In this document: positions 40,241-53,985 of the stretch, one piece after another
Layout of the letters: every line of letters begins with the position of its first letter
Position numbering within the stretch: position 1 is the first letter of the stretch
Source of the DNA: Octopus sinensis
Lineage: Eukaryota
Assembly (NCBI RefSeq): GCF_006345805.1
Contig: NC_043002.1
Location: 70,742,001-70,806,000 of the forward strand
DNA length: 64,000 nt
Direction: 5' to 3'
Position numbers and translations under genes: made by a program
The notes under the pieces: generated by a model
Databases searched by the model: none
The model's input: the letters and a program-made list of their open reading frames with translations, nothing else
What the model was told of the DNA's origin: nothing

Positions 40241-42292
40241 CATTTTTCACACGCGCAAACACACATTCACACACACACACACACACACCTACGCGCGCAC
40301 ACGGACACGGAGAATGGGTGGCCGAGAAGAAGCAATTGAAAGACTATATAACAAGCAACATTAATTACCTTGCTAGTCTGTTTGCGACTTCTACTTAATC
40401 TAAGTAATTTCACAGATAATATCAATTATAATACAATATACGGGTAATGTAGTTAAAATATGTCTGGATACAGACATATAATATATAGAATAATGAATAT
40501 CTTCTACGTACTTTGCCAGAATATTCAGTACGAGCTTGTAGGCGTACGAGTCTTTGAACGTATGTGCTTCTGTGTGTGTGTGTGTGTGTTTGAGAGAGAG
40601 AGAGAGAGACTGTATTTGTGACCTGTGTGTGTGTGTGTGTGCATGCGTGTTTGCGTTTGTGGCATGTGTGTGTACGTACGTGTATTTGAGTGTGCGTGTG
40701 ACCTGTGTTTATGTATGTATATGGTGCATTTGTGTGTGTTTATGTGTGATGCTTGTGTGTATGTCTGTGTGGTGCCTGTGTTGCGTATGGTGTGTGTGTG
40801 TATGTTTTTGCATTACTATGTGTGTGTATGTGTGTGTGTAGGTTACCAAGTATGCTTGTGCGAGACCTTTTAGTGTTTGTACATATGTAGTGAGTGCATC
40901 AATGATTTTGTGCTTCTTCATATGCCTGTATTTGAATATAAGAATGTATGTCTCTCTCTCTTCCTCTGTCTGTCTCTGTCTGTTTCCTTCTCTCTCTCTC
41001 TCTCACTCTCTGTCTATCTATCTATGAAAATGAAAACCCAGACACATTATGTGATTAAATAGCCCAGTGCTCAACCAGTTTTTTTTCTGGTTCCATCCTC
41101 CCCCACAGCACAACAATATTTACCTCATACTGCTACATTGGATGCAATCAAGAATATATGTGTTTGTAACAGACGCAGTGTACCAGGTGCAGAAGAAATA
41201 TCCTCCTCTGGGTCTCACATTAAATTTGTAGATACTTGGTATTTGTTTTTGTTTGAAGCATTTTCTGGCACTGAAGAGAAATGCCAATGTTTGTGACGCC
41301 AACTTTGTTCAGTGAAAGATGTGGCTATTCGTCAGAAGAAATTCTCAACAATGGAGATGCCTTTGTGTAATTTTCACGCTTACAATGTGGTTGGGGTAAG
41401 ATAATGTTATCTTGATATGTGATAGTGGCTTCAAATTGTTATAAAAAGACAAAATTGTTATGATCACATAAACGATGTTCTCGATATCTCATGAAGGCAG
41501 TGCAGTTGTGGTTGTTTTATGTTCACTGAAATATAACGTGAATGGGCATATTGCATCACAACATGAAGATCTCCAGTCTCTCTTGTTAATCAGGTACTTA
41601 GTAACCGTCTCCTGCTCCTAAAAGGCATAGTATTTTAGGTGAGATTTAATGTATCTATTGCGTGATGAAGCAATTCAATATCATTGAATTAAATTTCAAA
41701 TTATTCAATATAATAATAAATTTAGCACTTTATTATATCCTCCCAGTCGCCTACAGAAAAGAAATTGTGTAATTTGTAATTAGTACATTGAAACACTACG
41801 AATCTTCTCATCGTACAATCATATTAAGAAACTAAACGACCTAGATTTCAAAACATATTATCCATCGAAATGACTAAAGTAATTTGTATCGATTCATAAC
41901 TAGAAAAAGAAGGAAAACAAACGACTTATTATACAGTTGTCCATATTTCTGTCAATTATATTGGTATTTGCTTGCTTTCGTTATATGTGGTCGTGCATGG
42001 TGTTCTTTTAGCATGATGAGTATTGCTCCACCAATCTCTCTTAAAAGAAATCGTTCCAGCTACCTTTGGCGTGCATGGTATGCCCAGTGTAGCTGTTCAA
42101 CAATCCCTTGCTTAATCGCATGGTATTTCAATCTTCTTGTTGGATGCACACTTATTTCTTCTTTTATTGCTAAATAAAGGTTTGCTCAAGTGTCCTGCAT
42201 ATGCTGTCTGAACATATGCCACAGCCTCCATCTCTCCATTTCACATAGAGATTATCTGTGTCACTGTTGAAGTGAGAATTACCGTCAGCAGT

Positions 42293-42868
42293 TAGCCTTA
42301 CGGCGACGAGGCAATATATCGTACACGGTGTTTCGACTGGCATGGGCGCATCAAAAAGGAAGCACGTCCCAGGAAGAAGATGAGCCAGCTGGAAGACTTT
42401 CCACGAGCCTCATGTGATATCGTACATCGGAAATTCGTGCCCCAGGACCAGACCATCAATAGAGAGTTCTACCTCGACGTTTTGAAGCGTTTGAGGGAGG
42501 GAATTAGGCGAATGCTACTGGATCTGTGGAGAGCGAAGAATTGCATTATTCACGACGTCAGTGCACTCTGTCACCAAGCTCTTCTCACTCGGGAGTTTCT
42601 CGCTATAAGCAACATAGCATCCTTTCAGCACCTCCCCTATTCGTCAGATTTAGCAATTGCGAGCTTCCATATCTTCCCCATGATAAAAAAGCAACACCAT
42701 TGTCAAGAGCCACAGAGAATCGGTGACTCGACGCGCTTACGGAAAACAAATTTCCAGGCCGGATTGCAAAAGTGGCAGGAAAGCTGTCATCAGTTTATTG
42801 CTGCATAAGGTGACTATTTCGAAGGAAATGATGTTAAAACTTAGGTAAATAAGTTACTTTTTATTAAA
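42293..42868 (+). mobile_element. mariner element with large internal deletion; 3' end interrupted by a HINE
   Basis: AYGDEAIYRTRCFDWH (HTH) joined to IVHRKFVPQDQTINREFYLDVLKRLRE...HD...HLPYSSDLA; terminal sequence appears to resume at 43272-43300. Confidence 0.85.
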
Positions 42869-42869
42869 C

Positions 42870-43271
42870 ACTAGCAGTATCGCCCGGCGTTGCTCGGGTT
42901 TGTAAGGGAAATAACTATATAAGTATTTTTAGAGAGTTATAGCCAAAAAATAGCAACAAAATGCATTAAAAATGGGGAAAAAAAAATGATGGTAATTTTT
43001 TTAAAAAATCGTTGACTCATCGTAGACATTTTAAGAGAGTTACTTCCCTTATATAATAGCGAAAAAATGCATTAAAATGGAAAAAAATGATGGTAATTTT
43101 TTTTAAAATCTTAGACTCATCGTAGACGCGCGCTAATACCCAGAAGGGCTCGATATGAATCACGACTATAAGATACCTGGTTTTGGTTAAACTGCACCGC
43201 AAAATGTGGGAGTAGTTAGGAATCTAAATCGTAGGAGACAGACACACAACTTCACTTTTATATATAAAGAT
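42870..43271 (+). mobile_element. Non-autonomous Helentron/DINE-1-like element (HINE)
   Basis: Starts ACTAGCAGTATCGCCCGGCGTTGCTCGGG (terminal hairpin cccg:cggg), internal about 100-bp tandem duplication, ends acagacacacaacttcacttttatatataaagat as is typical for this class. Confidence 0.7.
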
Positions 43272-43297
43272 TACTAGTCCTGGGAAATTATTGATAC

Positions 43298-43333
<36 letters not shown>

Positions 43334-43533
43334 CATACATATATATATTTTTATATATATTTATAAATATATATATACAGATAGATAGATATAGCTTGCA
43401 TGTTTGTATGTATGCATGTAGGTATATATATATATATACATATAAAATGCTATAGATGTGTGTGCGTATGTGTATGTATGTTTTATGTAGGTAGGTATGT
43501 ATATACTTATGAAAAGATATATGTATATGTATG

Positions 43534-43584
<51 letters not shown>

Positions 43585-43589
<5 letters not shown>

Positions 43590-43746
43590 TGGCCCTTTGA
43601 AATAAAGTACTACTCATTTTTGCCAGTTGAGTGGCATGGAGCAACGTAAAATAAAGTGTCTTGCTCAAGGACAAAACGCGTCACCGGGAATCGAACTCAC
43701 GACCTTACAATCGTGAGTCGAATGCCCTAACCATTAAGCCATGCGC
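43585..43746 (-). mobile_element. Family C SINE 5' part
   Basis: Minus strand: GCGCATGGCTTAATGGTTAGGGC...GAGTTCGATTCCC then gtccttgagcaagacacttta; truncated at (TA)n. Confidence 0.85.
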
Positions 43747-44099
43747 TATATACACATGCAAAACATACCGTTGCTCAGGTTGTCCGTATTCGGGTGTGGA
43801 CAACGTAGTGCACATAGCACAAGAACAGAAATTAGAGACAAATACGAGAATAACTTGGTACTCCTTTGTTCTCAGTGTTATATATGTTTCAGTGTTCGGC
43901 AACATATGACGTCAAACTGCAGATGCAAGCAGTAAGTTCAGCTTATAGACCAACATGCAGGGCAACACATCAAGAAACAATCGATAAAGAAATATGCTTG
44001 TGCATTCACAAATCAATACAAAATAAAGAAAACTATCTCTTCAGATTACCAGAATGTCATGGTTACACCAACGATTCAACACAAGTTTCATTGTTCTGC

Positions 44100-44144
44100 A
44101 CACATATGCATATACATACATACATACATACATACATACATACA

Positions 44145-44180
<36 letters not shown>

Positions 44181-44181
44181 T

Positions 44182-44236
<55 letters not shown>

Positions 44237-44337
44237 AAGAGAGTGAGAGAAAGAGAGAGAAAGAAAGAGAGAGAGAGATAGAGATACAAATATAGATACG
44301 TACGTATGTATGTATATGTGTTATAATATAAGTTGGC

Positions 44338-44395
<58 letters not shown>
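44100..44395. repeat. (TACA)n-(GA)n-(TA)n compound microsatellite
   Basis: Directly visible. Confidence 0.95.
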
Positions 44396-44396
<1 letters not shown>

Positions 44397-44716
44397 CTTT
44401 AAAAGGTTTGTATGTTGATTCGTCCTTTAATTGGACAAGTTTCCTACAGATATCTAACGTTGGTACTTCATACTTTACTTTGAATTTTCTGATGTAAATT
44501 GGCGTAGAAATGAAAGGTTATATCACTATATTAACTATATAATTTAAGTTATAGAACAAAGTTCGACAAATTCATCATATTTAAGAAAACAATGCTTGAA
44601 TTTGTCGAACTTGTTCTGTAAGATAAATTGCATACTCAATATATGTATTTGTGTCTATATATATATATTTATGTATATGCATATATGCACATATGTACAT
44701 GTATACGAATATATAC

Positions 44717-44760
<44 letters not shown>

Positions 44761-44763
<3 letters not shown>

Positions 44764-45628
44764 AAAGTAAAAATATATACAAACTGGGACAAGAACGTGA
44801 AACAATTAGAAGACGACACAAAAAACACGGACGGGACATTCGAAGCCTTCAATCTTCAGTCAAGAACCGGATCATCTTCGCAATTTCGGCTGATTAATCT
44901 TGAGATTGCTCCGACCTGGGCAACCCCAAAGGAAAATCTAAGCCAAGCGCATTAGATTCCTTGGAAGAAAGCCTCGAATGTATAAAAAAAAAGGACGGAA
45001 AACGGACGATGTTACACGAATAAGAATACAAAAATACGTAAAAACAATAATGATAATAACAACAACAAAACCAGGACGTGAAGGACAAGCGTTTTTTCGA
45101 CAGGACGAGTAAAGTTTTGAGCTGGCGTTAGAAGAGTACCTTAAAGCCACAGAGAGACAAACAAATGTGTCTTGCCACAATGACTGCTGGACGCGAAAGG
45201 ACAGCAGACGTTGGTCACGTGAGGAAAAGAAAGAGGAAAAAGAGGGACAGATGAAGAGAGGAAGAAGGGGAACAAGGAACGAGAGACAGAGAAATGTAGG
45301 AGAGGGGGGACAGATGAAGAGAGAAAGAAAGATGTGGAACAAGGAACAAGGGAGGAGGAGAAGAGAGAGAGAGAAAGAGACAGATCAAGTGGAGTGCATA
45401 GTGTGAAGGCAGAGAAATGTAGGAGAGGGGGGAGAGAGACAGTGTTGTAGAGTCGTACTATGTGTTAGAGAATATATACTTACGTATAGGATCAAAAAGG
45501 GGTACGTAGCCGCTTATGTACATATGTAAAAGTAAAAAAAATATACAAACTGGGACAAGAACGTGAAACAATTAGAAGACGACACAAAAAACACGAAGCC
45601 TTCAATCTTCAGTCAAGAACCGAATCAT
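44761..45628 (-). mobile_element. Non-coding element with about 105-115-bp terminal direct repeats (pLTR-like) and GA-rich body
   Basis: 44761-44875 is repeated at 45526-45628 (12-nt deletion in the second copy); left end abuts (TA)n; CTGAAGA...TTCGAA on the minus strand. Confidence 0.55.
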
Positions 45629-45662
45629 GCATATATACAAATATATACACAAATACACATGT

Positions 45663-45872
45663 GGAGGTGCAATGGCCCAGTGGTTAGGGCAGCGGACTAG
45701 CAGTCGTAGGATCGCGGTTTCGATTCCCAGACCGGGTGTTGTGTGTGGGGTGGTGATCCCTGCTGTACTCTTTCACCACTATTTCTCTCTTTCTTCTGTT
45801 GGTCTGCTCGCTTAGCCAGCGAGGTGGCGTCGTTCGAAGGCTAAAACAATGCATTGTGACCAGCGATGACAC
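45663..45872 (+). mobile_element. Family B SINE with internal deletions
   Basis: Aligns with 39897-40170. Confidence 0.85.
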
Positions 45873-46949
45873 GTAATCCAGCACTCACAATGCAAACTCA
45901 AACATTTGTGTGTAGTGATTATGAGAGCACATCTCTGTGAGTTTACAATGAGTAGTTGCAATATAGTGTTAATATATTCCCTTGTGAGAGCCTCGGATCG
46001 CCCATTTTATGTTTACCACAGCAGTCACGTATAAAACGTGTGAGATATCTGTTTTATCTGCTCTGCCCGTCCTATTTGTGACGCAAAGAGGATAATTATA
46101 AGGTACACTCATTTTAGAATAATATTCCCGGAGGTAACTGGCTGTTAGAAGACTATAAACCTGTTATGCACCTTCTATGTTAAGCGCATTCAATTAGATA
46201 GCTTCCTGCTTACCTCCCTTTCTCTTTCTCACTATATACATATAGATATACACATAGACATATATATTTTTCTCTCTCCCTGTCTTTCTATTAATATATA
46301 TGTGAGTGTATGTGTGTGTGTGTGTGTTTGTGTGTGTTTGTGTGTGTGTGTATGAACGTGCCTGTGTGTTTCTTTCATTGTATGTATAAAAGTTTATATG
46401 TACAAACAAAAATATTTTGAACGCAATAATTTTTTTCAGATTTTCATGAACGGCGCGTGAAAGATCGCAAACGTACTTCCATCTTGTATGTATATGTGGT
46501 TAAACAAATATGTGTGCCTGTGAGTCTCTCAGTGTGTAAGTGTATACCTGCGTTTATGTGAGTGCTTGTATGTGTGTTTGTGGTGTGTATAAAATATTAA
46601 TGTATAGCTAGTTTACATTGCGTTTTCTGTATCTTTTATACATCTGTTTATCAGAAATAATTGCTTTCCTGGGAATAATGAGATTTCGATAAATTATTCT
46701 AGGTAGGTAATAACTAATTTAATAACTTTGTATCTTTGACATTTGGAAACAGAAATCCAATCTGCTAATCGCTTAACTCTGTATGAGAGAAATTCGAAAA
46801 TTGCGTACCTTAGCACTATTAAGTCTACTATGTTTTCTTTCCTTCGTCTTACCTCTACTTTCTTATCTGTTTTTACGCACAGTTACAGTAACACACACAC
46901 ATATGCATAAACAGTCATATACATATATGTCTGTTTATACATATGTGTA

Positions 46950-46993
<44 letters not shown>

Positions 46994-47129
46994 AATTGAG
47001 ATAGGGGTTGTAAATGCAACCCTCCATGGGATAACATATATCCAATATACTGCTAGTGAAGTACCCAACAAAGTTAATACATAAATGTTAAGGATTGCGA
47101 TGCAATCAATTCATTTACTGTATTATATG

Positions 47130-48684
47130 GGCAAAGGTAAAATGGAGAAATACATCTAAAGGTAAAATAAGAAAATGGAGAAATACATCTAAATCAAATA
47201 TCAATTACCAGATAATTCTCAATCACGTACTTTATTAAACCACCACATAAGAGACTGTAGGGTTAAACATAAAAAAAACAGAACAAATCAGTGTACATAA
47301 AGGAATGTACGTAAAAAAGTGTACATAAAAGAGTAATGTTGTATAATAAGTAGAATATATATAAAAAAGAGAATATAAATATAAGTAAATATAAATATAA
47401 GTATAGATTACATCTTACAGCTGTTTCGGCCATGTAGATAAGTATGTCTCATTTTACCAATATTAGCCTTTTATGGTAGGTCAATATATAGATATAAATG
47501 AGACATTTACAAAAATATCATAAGGCCTCTTCGGAGATATACATATACATATGAGTGCATATACACACACTCCTATAAATATAAAATATACATATACATA
47601 ATGATGTAAATAAATAATATAAATTAGTAAACATATATATGTTCCATATTCAACGTTTCAGTTTTTCAACTTAATATTGTGATAATAAACATACACATAT
47701 TAGTACCTAGATGCAAATATACATAGTCAATAGTACATTATTTTACTTCCTACTAATTTCCAAAGTGTCATTAAAGTTAGCATCATTATCGTTGTCAATA
47801 CCATTAATGTTACCATTATTATCATTCATAATATTATTAATAACGTTTACATTAGGAACCAAAGTGGCACATATGTATGTCCGGGTTCCAGTTCGTAATT
47901 TTCCTTATGACATAAATACACTATTGGATTTGAATTTAAATTATCATTATCTTCGTCATGGTTGGTTCGCCGAGAGCCGCCCGACCTCCACCACACCGCA
48001 CAAGAAAAACATACACATCCACACCCAACCATAAACCCACACGTCCACATAAAAACCCACACACACATGCACACATACATGAATACACCTCGACACATCC
48101 CCACACATTCACTAGATTGCAGAGTGCATGTCTGTCATCGCATGGCTTATAGACAAAACAGTACAGGCAGCAGTGTCTATACCCTAACACACACACTCAC
48201 ACGTACATCCGCATATACTCATAAATATTAATACACTCTCATATAATGTATCAGGGAACATTCGCACACACATATATACATAGTTAAATATATATCTGCG
48301 CACTCATACGTACAAATAAAACCTATACTTATATCCACCCATGAATAAATATTTGCATATACATATATACATATCCAAATACGCACCTGCGTACTCACAT
48401 GTATAAGAAAAACATACATTCGTACATCCACCCACGAACATACCTATACGTACAAAGACATACATAGGTACACATACACATTTTCACACACCTCGACACC
48501 TCAACCCACATCCACTAAATCATAAATTAGACTCGATTCTGCCAATCCAAAGACGTATATATACATACACAAAAAGTAAACAGAAGTTACTATTAATTTA
48601 GGTATAAGTTCATTAATTATAAATTAAATTAAATTAATTATAAGTTAGTAAGTGCCAAATAAACAAAAATAAATCATTAAATAA

Positions 48685-48726
<42 letters not shown>

Positions 48727-51375
48727 ATGTACAGATAAATACATAAATAAAATGGAATACAAATTAAGAAGAACACAAAGATAAACCTAATATAGTAAAT
48801 ATAAGTGGATACGCCGAAATGCACCCACATGCACATACATAGGCATGCACGCCCCTGCACGGACACGTGAATTCATGGCTGGGCCCACACGCACACGCAC
48901 GATCACCGAAATGCACACCAGAACACGCGTACAAGTACACGCGAATGTCCGCAAACGCAGCGCGCGAGAGTGCACACGTTGATGCACATGCGCAGACGCG
49001 CTCGCGCATGCGTGCGCGGGCGCACAAACTCCGGTGCAGCGCCACCTGAGCCCACGCTTGTGTAGCAGAAATACAACCCCCAACAACCAACCGTAAAAAA
49101 ACCTTATATGCTCATCGAGATAAACAACTTATACTAATTATAGACTCTCACATATTACATATTGATATAGAAAAAACTCAAACTAGTGCCCTAAGGTATG
49201 ATGCGCTTATGCACCCTACACAGATAAAAGACTCCGTGGGGTTCCGAATATCATGCATATATCAGAATAACTATATATTTTTGTATATTTTTCAGTCGGG
49301 ACAGAAACAATCAATATAGAACACATACATGGAGACACAAAGTTATAAATTATAAATTGTAAGGACCAATAGTACAGTCCTATATAGAGGAATGCTAAAA
49401 AATTACTGGTAGAAGAATTAGATGTTATTTAAATCTAGAGAAAGTGTACGCCAATTTGTGAAGGCAAAAGAAAATTCCGCTCATTAATGCTGTTAATAAT
49501 GGGTTGGCCGGCTTTGATGATGAAGAAAATTTCATTGATACATAAAGAGCATTTTTTATTTCTACTATTATATACAGGTGCAGATGTTAGTATTTCCCAA
49601 TCTAATTTAAAATCTATGTTTTTACTCTTGAGTTCCCAGATATACGTACTTAACCCCGTAGAGTTCATCATATTTTTATTTTTAAAAGGATATCTATGAT
49701 AGTTTAGCCGTTGTTTTATACTATTTTTAGTCGCACCAATGTACACTCTGCTATTGTATTGTGTATTTACAGTGCATTGGTATTTCACCTCTCTCCTCAG
49801 GCATTTATTACCAAACACACATTGATTCTTGCTTCTGAAATTGCAGCCATTAACAGATTGAGGAGATTTAACCCTGGCCGAAATCCCCGTAGCCCTATTC
49901 CTGTTGATATTATTACACTTATTTTCACTACTACCCATGTTTATCTTTCTATCATTATAGAAGCAATCTAATTTCTTGTTGTTGAATGAGGAGATGATGG
50001 TGGCTAGATTATTCGTGATACTATATCCTATTCTAATAGATCTATTGTTAATTATTTGGCTAAATTTATTCTTACCTTTAGTAAATAGTCTATATATTAC
50101 TTTATGTATTGTTCTGACTATATCCGTTTTGATCTGCATTGCATATGGTATTATTAGCCATAGTGTATCGTCATCACTATGTGGGTTACTCCTCAAATTG
50201 TTATTTTTAGGAAAAACCCTATTATTCTTCCAACCCATATGTTTTCTACCCTTAGTATTGTCAATATAATGCCTAGAATTCCCCTTTAGATTGGTTTTAT
50301 TAGTGACTTTATTGTTATTCTTATTCTTCTTATTATTATTGCTTAGATGAACTCCACTATTGCCATATATATTATTATCAATGTTACTATGCCTATTGTT
50401 GATATTCCTACTATCATTATTGTGCGCTAAGTTATTTAGACCAATGTTGACAAGTCTAAGATTATTAAAACCAGTATTATTGTCATATTTATTTTATATA
50501 GTATATTTTTCTTTGTCCTACAATTATTATTGTCTCTTCGGAATTTATTCGTGTTATTCGTGTTGTTCTTAATAGTTCCACCTGTGTTCGAAGGATTATT
50601 ATTGGGTATATACCAAATTTTATTTTTGTAGCCTGCCTTCAGCAATGCCGTGTTGTATTTTTCACAATGCCTATTGAAAACGTCCTCATTTGAGGATAGA
50701 TAAGAGATTCTCTGACAAATGCTTCGTACCAGTGACTTTTTAACTTGAGGGGGATGATTGCTAGAGTGGTTTATATATACTAAGTTAGAATTAGGTTTAA
50801 TATACGGTTCATACATTCCATTAGTAAGGTTGCAATTGACATCTAAATAATTCGCAGAGTAATTTTTATTTTCTATAACTATGGATAAGCCAAAACTTTA
50901 AAAATATTTATGTAGTCGTTTTTTCAGTAATTCTAGCCTCCTATTAGATGTGTTTCTGACTAGAAATAAAGCGTCGTCCCTATATAGTCCGCCCTTTAAT
51001 TCAGGGAATTCCCTATTAAGGTTATCGAGTAGATACATCCCCACTAGATCCGTCACTTCCGCTGAATCCGGCGAGCCCATGGTGATGTCAAATAAATTGG
51101 GTGTGTCTTATACTTATATTTATATTGATATTTATGTTTACTTATATTTATATTTACTTATATTTATATTCTCTTTTTTATACAACATTCTACTTATTAT
51201 ACAACATTACTCTTTTATGTACACTTTTTATGCACATTCCTTTATGTACACTGATTTGTTCTGCTTATTTATGTTTAACCCTACAGTCTCTTATGTGGTG
51301 GTTTAATAAAGTATGTGATTGAGTATTATCTGGTAATTGATATTTGATTTAGATGTATTTCTCCATTTTCCTATC
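47130..51375 (-). mobile_element. Penelope-like retroelement, Hydra-clade-like, 5'-truncated with inverted pLTR copy
   Basis: FDITMGSPDSAEV (motif B), LYRDD (motif C), YIN..SNHPP thumb, Cys linker CNF(C)R...C...C, YIGAT...K.R...H, C-terminal CSLC..E; 47171-47405 is the inverted copy of 51109-51370; (TA)n outside both ends. Clade name from remembered motif pattern, not from a tree. Confidence 0.8.
47410..47540 (-). ncRNA. Type-I hammerhead fold with about 100-nt stem II and U4C core
   Basis: Minus strand: atatct-CCGAAGA-ggcc...atgtctcattt...aaatgagacat...ggcc-GAA-ACAGCTGT-A/agatgt; 6-bp stem I; predicted cut GUA between 47416 and 47415. Confidence 0.65.
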
Positions 51376-51376
51376 T

Positions 51377-51409
<33 letters not shown>

Positions 51410-52827
51410 CGCGAATACATATATACATCTATGGAATCGTATACATAACACTTATACACACATATTTATTGTAACGTATGCATATAAATTGATACTCAAG
51501 TACACGTACATACAGATTTAGAAATAGAGACACGTATTAAAAGAAAGCAATTCAATTGACTCTAGTAAGTCATCTGTATATTATCGTAACCATCCTGGAA
51601 GGATGATGTACAGGTTTATCATCGATGTTACGTAATTAATCTGAGGTAACTTTTTAATAAAATTCCCTATATTTATATAGAATAGAAAGAAAGTACTCTT
51701 GACCTTTTTAGGCAATGCTAGTCAGGTGATTTCAAACCAAATACCTATTGAAATTCATATATTTCTAAGTTAATGCCACCACGTAAAACGTTGGTGTTTT
51801 CGTTTGCTAACGGCATCTGATGAAGTTAGAAGTGAAGACACTGTATCAACAGTTATGATACATATTTCGAGAATCGTTTTGTCACTGCTTATTTGGCGTT
51901 AGAGATTCATCGCTGAAATATTTTACATTTAGATTTCAATTTAGATGTTTAATGCTCCTCTTCTTCTCTCCCATATCATTCTCTAATCCTTCTCTGTATT
52001 TCTGCTTCGGTACCTTTGAATATTTCTCTGAGCGTATGAAGAGAAGGAAAGTATTTGTCCATTCTGTTCAATTAATACATTATAATTTCTTCCTTTCTCT
52101 TTCATTCTGTCTCCCACTGTTTCAAATTCTATATGTATAGTTTCACGCGCGGGCACGTTTGTGAGAATGTTTGTGTGTGAGCGTATGCATATATTTCTTT
52201 GCCTCGGTTCGCAAAAGTGTGGTCGCCAAAACAAGCAGAATCTCCAGTCAGCCGGACCAAATCATAAGCGTCTAAACAACTGCGCCCAACTGACACATTC
52301 CAGGGACAAGTCTTACTATGATGGAATGCTGGTAGATGTATTGACTTGGCATCAATTCAACTAGAGACTCTTTGGAGGTAATATAGAACAGTCTCTGTGG
52401 AGTAGTAGCTTTTCAGTCTGACATGTGGAGACTTGTTCTAGTTTGCGATGCAATAGTGATTTATATAGAAGTATATTGTCCAAACTAGAGATGGCAGGAT
52501 ATTTTCGGCCTCATAAAAGAAGAATCGTACTGCCTTTATGAGGTGCATCTAAGAACTGTATTTATCGTGTGACTTTACGTATTGTCGGATACAGAAACAC
52601 ATGTAACAGATGAAATAAAGTAATACGAAATTTATGCTCAAATTCTATTTTCTTATTATTGAAGTTCGCTTTATATTAGGTTACACTCTTCCTCAAACCA
52701 TACAGGGGCCCTAGTCTTTAAACAGCGGTGTAAGTTGTAGTGTGAATGTGGGCGACATTAAGAACCCCCACCTGAACGGTAAAATAGTCGTTATATGTAT
52801 ACATACATATCTGTGTATGTGTATATG

Positions 52828-52896
<69 letters not shown>

Positions 52897-53329
52897 TGGT
52901 ATAGATCTGTAAATATATAAATGTTTATATACATGAGTATATCTATATATACATATGTGTATATATGTATACATATGTATATATACACACATATATATAT
53001 ATTGTGTGTGTGTGCGTGTATGTGTGTGTTTACGTGTCTTTGTGTCTGTTTATTAGTCTCCGTCTGCCTAAGCGAGTGTGCATGTTTGTATGTATGTATG
53101 TATGTATGTGTGTGTGAATATATATATTAATATATATATGTGTGTGTGTGTGTATGTGTATGTGAATTGGAATTTAGTATGAACTTAAGAGAATGACATC
53201 TATCGGCTAAACAAAACCTGCTTCACTTTCATATATTAATATGTGGCATGGATTGGCCTACGATGTTCCACTTCAATTGTATGTGATGAAGTGTCGGGGT
53301 CCAAATCACCGATCTCGCTATCTTCATTG

Positions 53330-53620
53330 CCTTTTCCTTATCCTCATGTCGGAAAGAATATTGGTGGTTTGTGCATCTAAAACTACTATCGCAATGCAAA
53401 TTTTTAGGGTGTGTCTCTATTTTGTAAGAGTACTATGTCTGCAGCTTCATGAATCATGCATATCAAGTTGAGTGGGAACGTATTCTGGGTCTCAAGTGTT
53501 AGAATTTGTAGTGGTTGCTTGGTATGACCTGCGAATGATGTTATTTTTGTATTGGAAGAACATTTGTATGAATCCTTCAATCAACATATATTTAGAATTT
53601 CTCTGCATCTTTGATTAACT
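53330..53620 (-). mobile_element. Very old CR1/L2-group RT relic
   Basis: TKITSFAGHTK resembles ITSYADDTK of the LINE at about 59550; otherwise decayed. Confidence 0.25.
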
Positions 53621-53867
53621 GAAAAATCCTTACCCATTAAAACCAAGAATTTTTTAACTCTTAACATTCACACAGAGAGTAGTGGTGATTTACATTATCT
53701 GCCAGGGTCTAATTTAAAGGGTAATATTTTTATCAGAGTTGTAAGATATCTTTCCCTTGAAGCCACTGTCAGCCAGGGCATTATTATATTAGAGCATTTC
53801 TGTACCAAAAATTTGTTTAGACTGACCCTGTCTCTAAGGTTTTTGAACTCTATATGAGGGTTACTGG

Positions 53868-53926
<59 letters not shown>

Positions 53927-53931
53927 AAACC

Positions 53932-53985
<54 letters not shown>

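Noticed and set aside
41250-41330. EAF....PTLFS resembling RTE RT motif B
   Set aside because: Requires frameshifts, and flanking motifs are absent.
48780-49060. CpG-rich stretch resembling a CpG island, with overlapping ORFs
   Set aside because: Degenerate (CA)/(CG) low-complexity sequence inside the PLE 3' region.
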